From: Candidatus Gastranaerophilales bacterium
GTDB taxonomy: Bacteria; Cyanobacteriota; Vampirovibrionia; Gastranaerophilales; Gastranaerophilaceae
Direction of reading: 5' to 3'
Length of the DNA stretch: 64,000 nucleotides
Assembly: GCA_944323475.1 (NCBI GenBank)
Contig: CALUSQ010000004.1
Location: forward strand, 36,270 to 100,269
A program made the position numbers and the translations under genes. Each line of letters begins with the position of its first letter. Within the stretch, counting starts at the first letter, position 1. The notes under the pieces were generated by a model. It was given only the letters and a program-made list of their open reading frames with translations, searched no databases and was not told the DNA's origin. This document shows, in pieces, positions 9,917 to 20,108 of this stretch.

Positions 9917-10738
9917 TTAAACTTCCGCTTGTTTTTCTTTAATTATATCGTGTAATAGAGTCAATGCTTTTTTCAATTTTCTTGAAACCTGCATTTGTGA
10001 AATACCCATTTTGCTGGCTATTTCTATTTGACTCATATCTTTAAAATATGTAAGTTCAACAATCTCTTTCAAAGCAGGTTCAATATTTTCTAAAGACTCA
10101 GCTAACATGATTCTGTCTTCTCTAAGACTTTGCATGTTTTCATAATTTACATCAGCAATTTTGTCACCCCAATTGCAATAATCATCATCATCTTGAAAAG
10201 TCAATTGGTCTAGTGATATTGTAGTTTTTCTTCTATCAGCATCAATTGCTTCTTGAACTTTATCAACCGAGATATCCATTTTTGTGGCAATTTCTTTATC
10301 TGTAGGTTTTTCACCCATCTCATCTGTCATTTCAAGAGTAAGTTTATGTACACGATAAGCCAATTCTTGAATTGCTCTCGGTGCTTTAATCATTGATGCT
10401 TTATCTCTCAAATAATGTCTTATTTCACCTGTAATAAGATAAGTCGCATAAGATTTAAAATTTTTACTAATTTTTGGATTGTATAACCTAATCGCTTTCA
10501 CCAACCCTACACTACCTACTTGGATAATATCTTCAACAGGGTCAGTACTTCTTCTGGCAAGTGTTCTTGCAACTTTTTTTACCAATGGCATACAAGTCAT
10601 GGTTATAAGATTTTGAAGATGTTCTTTTGTTTTTTGAGAAGTAATTTTTTGATATTCATCAAGCCAAAGCATTACCTGCTCATAGTCAATGAGTTTAGGC
10701 ATATTTATACTTAAAATTTTTACACCTGATTCAGACAA
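9917..10738 (-). CDS. RNA polymerase sigma factor, group 3 (SigF/SigB type)
   Basis: 273 aa. Region 2 reads DIIQVGSVGLVKAIRLYNP...FKSYATYLITGEIRHYLRDK. Region 4 HTH reads MSQIEIASKMGISQMQVSRKLKKAL. The stop lies 2 nt before the pilD ATG. Confidence 0.85.
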   Translation of the reverse strand: MSESGVKILSINMPKLIDYEQVMLWLDEYQKITSQKTKEHLQNLITMTCMPLVKKVARTLARRSTDPVEDIIQVGSVGLVKAIRLYNPKISKNFKSYATYLITGEIRHYLRDKASMIKAPRAIQELAYRVHKLTLEMTDEMGEKPTDKEIATKMDISVDKVQEAIDADRRKTTISLDQLTFQDDDDYCNWGDKIADVNYENMQSLREDRIMLAESLENIEPALKEIVELTYFKDMSQIEIASKMGISQMQVSRKLKKALTLLHDIIKEKQAEV

Positions 10739-10806
10739 AAAAACCTCTCTCTTTTTTTCACAATTTATTATATCATTTTAACCAAAAGTTTGGTAATATT
10801 AAAATC

Positions 10807-11442
10807 ATGAAAAAAGATGAAATCAAAAATTTAATAATAAAATACGGTAAAAAACTTTACGAAAAAAATATGTCACCAGCCACTTCCGGTAACATTAGCG
10901 CAAGATATGAAGAAAATGCATTAATAACAGCTTCTGGAACATGTCTTGGTGATCTGGAAAAAGAAGATATTGTCTTAATTGATAAAAATTCAAAAGTTCT
11001 TGAAGGTGAAAAAAAAGCATCTTCTGAAAAAAATCTTCATAATAAAATTTATGAACTCAGACCGGATATAAATGCTATTATCCACTGTCATTCTCCATAT
11101 ACTTCAGCATTTGCAGTTTGTCACATACCTTTGTCAAAACCTATAATTTCTGAAAATGTATTTTATTTTGGAGAAATTCCTGTTGCAGACTATGCTCTTC
11201 CTGGTTCTGAAAAGCTTGTAGATAATACAGCAAAATATTTTCTACAACATAATGCTGTATTGCTTGCAAATCATGGAATAATAATAGGTGCAAAAAATTT
11301 AAAAGAAGCATATTACCTGACAGAAACAGCTGAAACATTTGCTCAAATATATATAAATTCTATGATTCTTGGCGGTGCAAAAGAACTTTCTGAAAAACAA
11401 ATAAAAGAAATTTATGAGCTTAGAAATTCATCGGGTAAGTAA
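10807..11442 (+). CDS. class II aldolase/adducin-family protein (FucA/MtnB-like)
   Basis: 211 aa with PATSGNISAR and IHCHSPYTSAF...LANHGII motifs of class II aldolases. Confidence 0.75.
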   Translation: MKKDEIKNLIIKYGKKLYEKNMSPATSGNISARYEENALITASGTCLGDLEKEDIVLIDKNSKVLEGEKKASSEKNLHNKIYELRPDINAIIHCHSPYTSAFAVCHIPLSKPIISENVFYFGEIPVADYALPGSEKLVDNTAKYFLQHNAVLLANHGIIIGAKNLKEAYYLTETAETFAQIYINSMILGGAKELSEKQIKEIYELRNSSGK

Positions 11443-11445
11443 ATT

Positions 11446-11988
11446 ATGCAAATAACCGGTGGAAAATTAAAATCAAGAAAAATTGTTTCGCCAAAAGGAG
11501 AAAATGTTCGTCCTACACTGTCTCAAGTTAGAGAAAGTATTTTTAGTACTCTTTTTTCATTAACAGATTTTGAAAATAAAAGTTTTTTAGATTTATTCTC
11601 TGGCTCAGGTATAATGGGATTTGAAGCTATATCTAGAGGTTTTTCTCATGTAAGTTTTATTGAAAAAGATAAAAAAACTTTTTTTCTGCTAAAAGATAAT
11701 GCAAAAAAACTTGAAATAACCGCTAAACAAGCTGATTTTTTTTGTGGCGACAGTTTAAAAATAATTAAAAAATTAAACAAAACTTTTGATGTTATATACG
11801 TTGATCCACCATACATGAGCGGTTTGTATGATAATGTACTAATTATTGTAAAAGAATTATCACTGCTCAATGAAAATGGAATAATCATTCTTGAACATCC
11901 AAAAAATTTAGAAATTAATAAAAACGGATATGAGTTAATCAAACAAAAAACTTTTTCTGACAAAATTGTAAGCTTTTTGCATTATTAA
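11446..11988 (+). CDS. rsmD: 16S rRNA (guanine966-N2)-methyltransferase
   Basis: 180 aa with RPTLSQVRESIF, DLFSGSGIMGFEAISRG and VDPPY motifs. Confidence 0.8.
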   Translation: MQITGGKLKSRKIVSPKGENVRPTLSQVRESIFSTLFSLTDFENKSFLDLFSGSGIMGFEAISRGFSHVSFIEKDKKTFFLLKDNAKKLEITAKQADFFCGDSLKIIKKLNKTFDVIYVDPPYMSGLYDNVLIIVKELSLLNENGIIILEHPKNLEINKNGYELIKQKTFSDKIVSFLHY

Positions 11989-12052
11989 ATTTTTAACATC
12001 ACTTTTATAAATTTCATGCTTGCGTTAATATGTTTTTAAAAGGAAATACAAT

Positions 12053-13135
12053 ATGAAAGATATGCTAGATAAAATTCTTCAAATTGAAGAAAAATATACA
12101 GAACTTGGAACAATTCTCTCAGATCCTGATGTAATTTCTGATTATGAAAAATTTAGAGATTTGTCTAAACAAAGAAAAGCAATGGAAGAAACTGTTGAAG
12201 TTTATCATCAATGGAAAACAAATACAGACGCTATTGAAGATGCAAAAGAACTTTTGAAATCAGAATCTGATCCTGAAATGAAACAATTTTTACACGCTGA
12301 AATTGAATCTAATGAAGCAAAAAATCTTGAACTTGAAGAAAGAATGAAAGTTCTTTTGCTGCCTCGTGACCCGATGGATGACAAAGATATTATGCTTGAA
12401 ATCAGAGGTGGTGCAGGCGGAGACGAAGCAAACATCTTTGCCGGAGATTTGATGAGAATGTATCTTCGCTATGCTGACAAACAAGGCTGGCAATCTCAAA
12501 TCTTAAGCAAAACAGATTGCGAAGCAGGCGGTGTTTCTGAAGTTATTATCTCTATCAAAGGAGATAGTATTTATTCAAAACTAAAATATGAATCCGGAGT
12601 ACATCGTGTTCAACGTGTACCTCAAACAGAATCACAAGGCAGAGTACATACCTCTACAGCAACAGTAGCTGTAATGCCGGAAGTAGATGATGTAGAAGTA
12701 GAATTAAATCCTAATGATTTGGAAATTTCAACAGCTCGTTCTGGCGGTGCAGGCGGACAAAACGTAAACAAAGTTGAAACCGCTGTCAGAGTTTTTCACA
12801 AACCTTCAGGAATTATGATTTTCTGTACAGAAGAACGTTCTCAACTCCAAAACAAAGAACGTGCACTTCAAATATTGAAAGCAAAATTATATGACATGGA
12901 AGTACAAAAACAAATGCAGGAAATCACTGATCTTAGACGTTCTCAAGTAGGTACCGGTGATCGTTCCGAACGTATCAGAACTTATAATTTCCCTCAAGGT
13001 AGACTTACCGATCACAGAATTGGTCAAAATTTAAATGTTTGGACTGTTATAGAAGGTGAATTAGACGAACTTATTAACCTTCTTATGGAACATGATCAAA
13101 AACTTAAATTAGAAAAACTGGCAGAAATCAATTAA
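12053..13135 (+). CDS. prfA: peptide chain release factor 1
   Basis: 360 aa. [17 protein letters not shown] (PxT tripeptide region) and [17 protein letters not shown] (GGQ motif). Confidence 0.95.
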   Translation: MKDMLDKILQIEEKYTELGTILSDPDVISDYEKFRDLSKQRKAMEETVEVYHQWKTNTDAIEDAKELLKSESDPEMKQFLHAEIESNEAKNLELEERMKVLLLPRDPMDDKDIMLEIRGGAGGDEANIFAGDLMRMYLRYADKQGWQSQILSKTDCEAGGVSEVIISIKGDSIYSKLKYESGVHRVQRVPQTESQGRVHTSTATVAVMPEVDDVEVELNPNDLEISTARSGGAGGQNVNKVETAVRVFHKPSGIMIFCTEERSQLQNKERALQILKAKLYDMEVQKQMQEITDLRRSQVGTGDRSERIRTYNFPQGRLTDHRIGQNLNVWTVIEGELDELINLLMEHDQKLKLEKLAEIN

Positions 13136-13149
13136 GAAATAATAAAATT

Positions 13150-13941
13150 ATGGACAATCACTATATTATAGCATTTGTACTAACACTTATTGCAGGTTTG
13201 GCAACAATTGTAGGCGGTTCTTTTTCTTTTTTCGTAAAAAGAAGCAACCTTAGAATGCTTGCTGTAGGTCTTGGTTTTTCAGCAGGTGTTATGATTTATA
13301 TGGCACTTACTGAAATTTTAAAAGATTCTCATGAATACACTCAAATGTACTTTGGAGACAAATCAGGCTTGATTACATTTATCGGTTTTTTTGTCGGCAT
13401 ATCGATAGCAGCATTGATCGACTATTTCTTACCTGCTCACTTTGGTGATGAAATGATAGACAAAGAACCTCACAATATATCCGAAGAAGATGAAAGAATA
13501 AAAAAAGCAGGTCTTTTGACAGCGATTGCAATTTCTCTTCACCGTTTTCCGGAAGGTTTGACAATGTTTCTTGTTGCAAGTACTGATTTAAAACTTGGTA
13601 TTCCGCTTGTTGTTGCTATGGCTATTCACAACCTGCCTGAAGGAATAGCAATAGGTTTGCCTATGTATCATGCAACAGGCAAAAAACGCTATGCAATGTT
13701 ATTTTCAGCAATAGCAGGGGTATCAGGTCCAATTGGAGCACTTATAGGCTTTGGACTTATTAAAATATTTATGCCTCAAATGGCAATAGGTATTTTGTTT
13801 GCAATTGTAGCAGGTATCATGGTTTACATATCTTTAGATACACTACTTCCAACAGCCAGAGAATATGGTGACAACCACGATGTTATGGCAGGAATTCTTG
13901 CAGGCATGTTTTTTATCGGGGTGGGTTTACTTCTTGTTTAA
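13150..13941 (+). CDS. zupT: ZIP-family zinc/metal transporter ZupT
   Basis: 263-aa membrane ORF. LHRFPEGL and AIHNLPEGIAIG are ZIP signature helices. Confidence 0.85.
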   Translation: MDNHYIIAFVLTLIAGLATIVGGSFSFFVKRSNLRMLAVGLGFSAGVMIYMALTEILKDSHEYTQMYFGDKSGLITFIGFFVGISIAALIDYFLPAHFGDEMIDKEPHNISEEDERIKKAGLLTAIAISLHRFPEGLTMFLVASTDLKLGIPLVVAMAIHNLPEGIAIGLPMYHATGKKRYAMLFSAIAGVSGPIGALIGFGLIKIFMPQMAIGILFAIVAGIMVYISLDTLLPTAREYGDNHDVMAGILAGMFFIGVGLLLV

Positions 13942-14031
13942 TTAATAAGTTTGTATTTGACAAAATTTTTTAGTAAAATTTTTACGTATACGGAGCCTTT
14001 TTTCAAATAAAATTTTTAAGTTTGGATTAAT

Positions 14032-15369
14032 ATGAAATTTACTTTTGATGAAATTGTAAAAGCCACGGAAGCGCAAGTTTTAGAGTGTAAAAACCCTTCA
14101 GGGACATTTAATCTTTCTACAGATTCAAGAAAAATAGAAACTTATGACATTTATCTTCCTTTAAAAGGTGAAAAATTTGATGGGCATAATTTTATTCAAA
14201 ATGCTTTGGAAAAAGGCGCCAGAGGCTATTTCACAAGTGATAAAAAACTTGTTTTTTCTGATGCATCATTTGTTTTGTATGTAAAAGATACTCTTGAAGC
14301 ATATTTGAAACTTGCCTTGTATTACAAAAAAATTGTTAACCCTATAACAATTGCTATCACCGGCAGCTCAGGAAAAACAACTACAAAAGAAATGACAGCA
14401 AGTGTTGTTCAACAAAAGTTTAAAATGCACAAGTCAATCTTAAACCACAACAATGAAATCGGACTTTGTCAAACAATGCTTTCTATGCCCAAAGATACAG
14501 AAGTTTTGATTGTAGAAATGGGAATGAGAGGTTTGGGAGAAATAGAACTTTTGTCAAAATACTCCGAACCCGATATAGCAATAATTGCTAATACAGGTAC
14601 AGCACACATAGGACGTCTTGGATCTGTAGAAAATATTGCCAAAGCAAAATGTGAAATAACAAAACATCTTCACAAAGAAGGTCTTTTACTTGCACATGAC
14701 ACTGAATTAATAAGAAAAACTAATGAATATAAAGGTCAAACAATATATCTTGGTCTAAATTCAAAGGATTTAGAAACAATAAAACTTTATACAAATTCGA
14801 GTGAATTTGTATACAAAAAACAAAAATATAAATTGAATACTGAAGGTGAACATAATATTCAAAACGCTTTGTTTGCAATTAATGCAGGCTTAAAACTCGG
14901 AATATCTTCGGAGAAAATAGCAAAAGGTCTTGAAGAATATAAACCTATTGAAAAAAGATGGGAAATACACAAAATTAACGGCTTCAATATAATCGATGAC
15001 AGCTACAACTCTAATCCGGAATCACTAAAGGCTGCTGTTTCTACTTTTCTTTCTACACAAAAACCGCCAAAAGCTCTTGTCCTTGGTGATATGAAAGAAC
15101 TGGGAAAAAACGAAATTTTATACCATGAAGAAATAGGAAAGTTCTTGGAAAAATATACAGATTTTAAGCTTATTACCGTTGGTTCACTGGCAAAAGCCAT
15201 TGTTAATGGATTGAGTTCAGAAAAAAGAAATGATGCAATAAGTTTTGATACAAACAAAGATACAGCAAAATATATTTTGGAAAATTTGCCTGCTGGTACT
15301 ACAATACTATTTAAGGCTTCTCATTCCATGAATTTTGAAGAGATAATTAAGGAGTTGGATAAAAAATGA
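14032..15369 (+). CDS. murF: UDP-N-acetylmuramoyl-tripeptide--D-alanyl-D-alanine ligase
   Basis: 445 aa. ITGSSGKTTTKEM P-loop, DSRKI, and IDDSYNSNPESL Mur-ligase C-domain motif. Sits in dcw gene order. Confidence 0.9.
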   Translation: MKFTFDEIVKATEAQVLECKNPSGTFNLSTDSRKIETYDIYLPLKGEKFDGHNFIQNALEKGARGYFTSDKKLVFSDASFVLYVKDTLEAYLKLALYYKKIVNPITIAITGSSGKTTTKEMTASVVQQKFKMHKSILNHNNEIGLCQTMLSMPKDTEVLIVEMGMRGLGEIELLSKYSEPDIAIIANTGTAHIGRLGSVENIAKAKCEITKHLHKEGLLLAHDTELIRKTNEYKGQTIYLGLNSKDLETIKLYTNSSEFVYKKQKYKLNTEGEHNIQNALFAINAGLKLGISSEKIAKGLEEYKPIEKRWEIHKINGFNIIDDSYNSNPESLKAAVSTFLSTQKPPKALVLGDMKELGKNEILYHEEIGKFLEKYTDFKLITVGSLAKAIVNGLSSEKRNDAISFDTNKDTAKYILENLPAGTTILFKASHSMNFEEIIKELDKK

Positions 15370-16331
15370 TTCTTGCAATCGTTGCAGCATTAATAGCTTT
15401 TGTACTTTCATTGTTGTTTGGAGTACCATACATAGATTTTTTGAAAAAGAAAATGCTAGGACAATATATTAGAGAAGAAGCTCCTGAGTCTCATGCAAAA
15501 AAAGGTGGAACACCAACAACAGGGGGTATTTTTCTTGTTTTTGCAGCTGTACTTGCTGCTGTGATTTCTCTATTTATGGCAGAAAAAACCTCTACCGGTG
15601 CTTTTTTGATACTTATAACTTTTATATTTTATATGTTTGCAGGTTTTCAAGACGACTCTCAAAAATTTGAACATCACGCAAATAAAGGTCTTAGCGCAAG
15701 AGGCAAATTAATTTTGCAAATAGCAATTGCCTGTTTGCCCGTTATGTTTGTAACTATTAGTGGAAGGACATTTTTAACTTTTGGTCATTACACATTAAAT
15801 CTTGGTTATCTTTATCCGATATTTGGTATTTTTCTTGTGACAGGTGTTTCAAATGCTGTTAATTTGACTGACGGATTAGACGGCTTGGCTTCATCAAATA
15901 TGGTTATTTCACTTGCTGCATTAGCTGCAATAAATCTCATTATGGGCAATGTTGATATGGCTATTATTTGTACTTCTATAATGGGTGCTTGTTTAGGATT
16001 TTTGTATTTCAACAGATATCCTGCAAAAGTCTTTATGGGCGACACAGGTTCTCTGGCTCTTGGTGGAGTTTTGGGAACATTAGCCGTTATGGGAAAATTT
16101 GAGCTTTGGCTTATACCTATTGGTATAATTTATCTTATAGAAACTCTTTCCGTAATGCTTCAGGTAACAAGTTTTAAATTAACAGGAAAAAGAATTTTTA
16201 AAATGAGTCCGATACATCACCATTTTGAACTATGCGGATGGAATGAAACAAAAATAGTAAAATTATTTTCTTTAGTTACATTCCTATGTTGTTCGGGGGC
16301 TGTCGTACTGTTTTGGTATTTGAATAAATAA
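15366..16331 (+). CDS. mraY: phospho-N-acetylmuramoyl-pentapeptide transferase
   Basis: 321 aa with NAVNLTDGLDGLA, FMGDTGSLALGG and SPIHHHFEL motifs. ATGA overlap with murF. Confidence 0.95.
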   Translation: MILAIVAALIAFVLSLLFGVPYIDFLKKKMLGQYIREEAPESHAKKGGTPTTGGIFLVFAAVLAAVISLFMAEKTSTGAFLILITFIFYMFAGFQDDSQKFEHHANKGLSARGKLILQIAIACLPVMFVTISGRTFLTFGHYTLNLGYLYPIFGIFLVTGVSNAVNLTDGLDGLASSNMVISLAALAAINLIMGNVDMAIICTSIMGACLGFLYFNRYPAKVFMGDTGSLALGGVLGTLAVMGKFELWLIPIGIIYLIETLSVMLQVTSFKLTGKRIFKMSPIHHHFELCGWNETKIVKLFSLVTFLCCSGAVVLFWYLNK

Positions 16332-16341
16332 GGCAAAAATT

Positions 16342-17718
16342 ATGATTAGAAAATGGTTTGACAAAAAAGTTCTTATATTGGGTTTATCAAAAAGCGGCAT
16401 TGCAGCAGCAAAATATTTGAATGATAAAGGTGCACAGTGCTTTATTACAGAAAAAAAACCTTTTTCGGACAAAGATAAAGATATAGTAGAAGAACTTAAT
16501 AAAGAAGGTATTAAAACAGAATTTGAACATCATTCTGATGAGTTTATGGACAATGCATATATCGCCGTAACCAGCCCCGGAATACCTCCAAACAGTGAGG
16601 TAATGCAAAAACTCAAAGAAAAAAACATAAAAGTTATAAGCGAAATCGAACTTGCTTATCTTGAAACTCAAATACCATTTATTGCAATTACCGGCACAAA
16701 CGGGAAAACAACAACAACAGAGCTGACAAATTTTATTTTAAATAAAGAATTTAAAGCAGAAAAATGTGGCAATATAGGCATACCACCTTGTTCTTTGTTA
16801 AAAGATCCAACTACAGGCTCAGCACCGGAAACAGATTTTTTTGTTTGTGAAGTAAGCTCTTTTCAATTAACTTACAGTCCAAGTTTTCGTCCTCAAATTG
16901 CTGTATGGATGAATTTTACTCCCGATCATATAGATTGGCATGGTGGGTTGGATAAATACTTTGAAGCTAAAGCATCTTTGTTTGCACCGGAAAAAAGGCC
17001 GGGCTTTGCTGTTTTCAATGCAAATGATGAAAAACTTTTGGAATTTGGCAAAAAATATGCAGGAGAAAAATTCTTCTTTGACAAAGAATTTGAAACAAAC
17101 TGCTGTTACATAAAAAACAATGCTGTATATTTCAAACGTGAACCAAAAAATATTGAAGAAAAAATCATTGATTTAAAAGATATTCCTCTTGTTGGAAATC
17201 ATAATTATCAAAATGTAATGGCATCTGTAATCTGTGCAAAACTTGCTGGAGTAAGCACAGAAAAAATAACAGAAGCAATAAAAGAATTCAAAGCTCCTGA
17301 GCACAGATGTGAGTTTGTTGCAAATATCTTAGGAAAAGATGTTTATAATGATTCTAAAGCAACAAACCCTGAAGCTGCAATTTTTGCGATCAAATCTTTT
17401 GAAGGAAAATCTCTTACTTTGATTGCTGGCGGAACAGACAAAATGACTGACTTAACCGAATTTTGCGAAACTGTTAAAAAATATGTTAAAACAGTAGTTC
17501 TTCTTGGTGCAGCAAAAGAAAGATTTGAAACAGAGCTTAGAAAAAACGGATTTGAAAATATCGTAATTGCTGATTCATTTACTGATGGAGTAGACAAAGC
17601 TTTTGAAACAGACAGTGAGGTTGTTCTTTTATCTCCTGCCTGCTCAAGTTACGATATGTTCTCAGGATATGAAGAACGAGGAAGAGTATTCAAAGACTAT
17701 GCCTTATCAAAGAAATAA
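16342..17718 (+). CDS. murD: UDP-N-acetylmuramoylalanine--D-glutamate ligase
   Basis: 458 aa. ITGTNGKTTTTEL P-loop and NDSKATNPEA motif, in dcw context. Confidence 0.9.
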   Translation: MIRKWFDKKVLILGLSKSGIAAAKYLNDKGAQCFITEKKPFSDKDKDIVEELNKEGIKTEFEHHSDEFMDNAYIAVTSPGIPPNSEVMQKLKEKNIKVISEIELAYLETQIPFIAITGTNGKTTTTELTNFILNKEFKAEKCGNIGIPPCSLLKDPTTGSAPETDFFVCEVSSFQLTYSPSFRPQIAVWMNFTPDHIDWHGGLDKYFEAKASLFAPEKRPGFAVFNANDEKLLEFGKKYAGEKFFFDKEFETNCCYIKNNAVYFKREPKNIEEKIIDLKDIPLVGNHNYQNVMASVICAKLAGVSTEKITEAIKEFKAPEHRCEFVANILGKDVYNDSKATNPEAAIFAIKSFEGKSLTLIAGGTDKMTDLTEFCETVKKYVKTVVLLGAAKERFETELRKNGFENIVIADSFTDGVDKAFETDSEVVLLSPACSSYDMFSGYEERGRVFKDYALSKK

Positions 17719-18901
17719 CAGAAGAAGCAGATACGAAAATATAGATACACAAAAACCAGTAAATGATATCGTGTTGTCTCCACCGGACACAACTCTTATG
17801 GTAGTTGTAACTTTTTTGGTTGTTATTGGATTAATGGCAATTTTTAGTGCAGGTGCACCAAAAGCAATGGAAATGGGAGAAAATCCGGCATCTTTTGCTT
17901 TTAAACAATTTATTTATTTAATTTTTGGTGTACTTGGTCTCAAATATTTTATAAATCTTGATTACAAAAAACTCAAAGATTGGGCCGTTCCTTTTGCTTG
18001 GTTTGTAATAATCATGCTTGTTTTGGTTGATTTTACACCTCTGGGTGTAGTGGTTAACGGTGCAAGAAGATGGATTGTGTTTGGTCCGATACAATTTCAG
18101 CCTTCGGAAATGACAAAATTTGCAGTAATTATGTTGTTGTCCAATGCTTTTTATCGTGACGGTAATTTGTTCAGTTCACATAAAATCGTAAGATATTTTT
18201 TCCCGATTTTAGTAATGATTTTTCTTGTATACAAACAGCCTAACCTTTCTATGGTTATATTGCTTTTGCTTACTTCAATGGTAATGTATTTGAGTGTATC
18301 GGGATCTATAAAATATATGATAACATTAGGTCTTGCCGGTATTGGTGTTGCTTTTAGCACATTCTTATTGTTTGGACAAAAGTTCTTGCATGGATATCAA
18401 ATGCAACGTATTCAAATTTGGTTAAACCCAAATTCTGACCCGTACGGTGCAGGTTACAATATTATTCAATCACTTCTTGCTTTTGCAGCAGGTGGTTTTT
18501 GGGGTGTCGGTTACGGAAACTCAAAACAAAAACTCGCCTGGTTGCCGGAAGGACATACTGACTTTATTTTTGCAGTAATTGCAGAAGAGTTAGGATTTTT
18601 AGGATGTTTTTTGATAATAGGTTTGTTCTGGACTTTTATTCACAGAGGAATAATTATTTCCTCCAGAGCAAATGATATGTTTGGAAAACTCATGGCAGTA
18701 GGTATAACGCTATCCATCGGGTTACAAGCATTCATAAACATGAGCGTTTCAAGTTCTCTTATACCTGCAACAGGTGTACCGCTTCCTTTTATAAGCTATG
18801 GCGGAACATCTTTGATTGTCTCTTTGTGCATGGTAGGAGTTTTATTAAATATTTCAAAAAAAAGAATAAAAAGGATAAGAAATTATGACAGAGCATACTA
18901 A
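17699..18901 (+). CDS. ftsW: SEDS-family peptidoglycan glycosyltransferase FtsW/RodA
   Basis: The track ORF starts at 17603 inside murD. I prefer the internal ATG at 17699 (or 17669). Motifs: PSEMTKFA, LPEGHTDFIFAVIAEELGF, PLPFISYGGTS. Confidence 0.85.
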   Translation: MPYQRNNRRSRYENIDTQKPVNDIVLSPPDTTLMVVVTFLVVIGLMAIFSAGAPKAMEMGENPASFAFKQFIYLIFGVLGLKYFINLDYKKLKDWAVPFAWFVIIMLVLVDFTPLGVVVNGARRWIVFGPIQFQPSEMTKFAVIMLLSNAFYRDGNLFSSHKIVRYFFPILVMIFLVYKQPNLSMVILLLLTSMVMYLSVSGSIKYMITLGLAGIGVAFSTFLLFGQKFLHGYQMQRIQIWLNPNSDPYGAGYNIIQSLLAFAAGGFWGVGYGNSKQKLAWLPEGHTDFIFAVIAEELGFLGCFLIIGLFWTFIHRGIIISSRANDMFGKLMAVGITLSIGLQAFINMSVSSSLIPATGVPLPFISYGGTSLIVSLCMVGVLLNISKKRIKRIRNYDRAY

Positions 18902-20015
18902 TAAAAAATATACATATTTTGTTACAGGCGGCGGCACTGGCGGACATATTTATCCTGCAGTAGCAGTTGGTTTTGCACTACAAAAAGAACCTGACACAAA
19001 AAAGGTTTTTTATGTAGGAAACCCAAATAACCTTGAAAAGAAAATTGCAGAAGACAAAGTTTTTGATTTTTTAGGTGTTAATATTAGCGGAATGCCAAGA
19101 ACAATATCTTTTGATTTTGTAAAATGGAGTTTGCAGCTTTTTGCAGCTACATTAAAATCTGTAGGATACATTTTAAAATATAAACCGAGTCTTGTATTTG
19201 GAACAGGCGGTTATGTAAGCTCTCCCATGCTTTTTGCTGCTGTATTAACAGGAACACCTATTGTGATTCATGAATGTGATGCAATCCCCGGAAAAGTTTC
19301 CAAATTGTTGGCTCCATATGCAAAAGCTGTTTCTGTTGCTTTTGAAAGCTCAAAAGACGGTCTAAAATCAGATAAAATACAAATAAACGGAAACCCGATA
19401 AGAGAAGAATTTTTAAGCACTGACAGATATAATGCAAGAAAAAAATGGAATCTCAAAGACCGTTTAACAATAATGGTCATGGGTGGTTCTCAAGGCGCAA
19501 AAAAACTTAATTCTGTAATAGTTCAAAATTTAAAAAGACTTTTCAAAAAATATGATATTCAAATAATTCATCAAACTGGTCTAAAAAATTATGATGATAC
19601 AGTAAAAGAGCTCAAAAAAGTTTATCCAAACTATACAGAAAACTCTCAATACATTATAAGACCATATTTTAAAAAAATGTATTTGCCAATGCTCGCATCA
19701 GACATTGCTGTTTCAAGAGCTGGTTCTTTAAGTATTTCAGAAATTTGTGTTTCAGGTCTTGCTTCTATTTTGGTTCCTTACCCTTATGCAGCAGCTGATC
19801 ATCAAAGAAAAAATGCAAAAGAAATGGAAGAACTAAATGCTGCTTTATATCTTGATGACAAAGATTGTACACCTGATGCATTGATGGAAAAACTCGAAGA
19901 ATTAATCAACGATACTCAAAAAATGATTACTCTTCAAAACAACGCCAAAAAACTCGTCAAAAAAGATGCTACAAAAAATATTGTTCAACAAATAAAACAT
20001 GTTTTGTCTAAATAG
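18885..20015 (+). CDS. murG: undecaprenyldiphospho-muramoylpentapeptide beta-N-acetylglucosaminyltransferase
   Basis: 376 aa with GGGTGGHIYPAVAV and RAGSLSISE motifs. Overlaps the ftsW end by 17 nt. Confidence 0.9.
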   Translation: MTEHTNKKYTYFVTGGGTGGHIYPAVAVGFALQKEPDTKKVFYVGNPNNLEKKIAEDKVFDFLGVNISGMPRTISFDFVKWSLQLFAATLKSVGYILKYKPSLVFGTGGYVSSPMLFAAVLTGTPIVIHECDAIPGKVSKLLAPYAKAVSVAFESSKDGLKSDKIQINGNPIREEFLSTDRYNARKKWNLKDRLTIMVMGGSQGAKKLNSVIVQNLKRLFKKYDIQIIHQTGLKNYDDTVKELKKVYPNYTENSQYIIRPYFKKMYLPMLASDIAVSRAGSLSISEICVSGLASILVPYPYAAADHQRKNAKEMEELNAALYLDDKDCTPDALMEKLEELINDTQKMITLQNNAKKLVKKDATKNIVQQIKHVLSK

Positions 20016-20048
20016 CAAATTACTCCTTGTGAATAGATAAACAGTTTA

Positions 20049-20078
20049 TTGCAGCAAGACAAAGTTTAATAGTATAAT
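20049..20078 (+). promoter_or_regulatory. possible sigma70-like promoter for fixC-like gene
   Basis: TTGCAG (20049-20054), 18 nt spacer, TATAAT (20073-20078). Confidence 0.35.
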
Positions 20079-20108
20079 TGGTTAAGCAAAAATTAACCAT
20101 GGAGTTGT

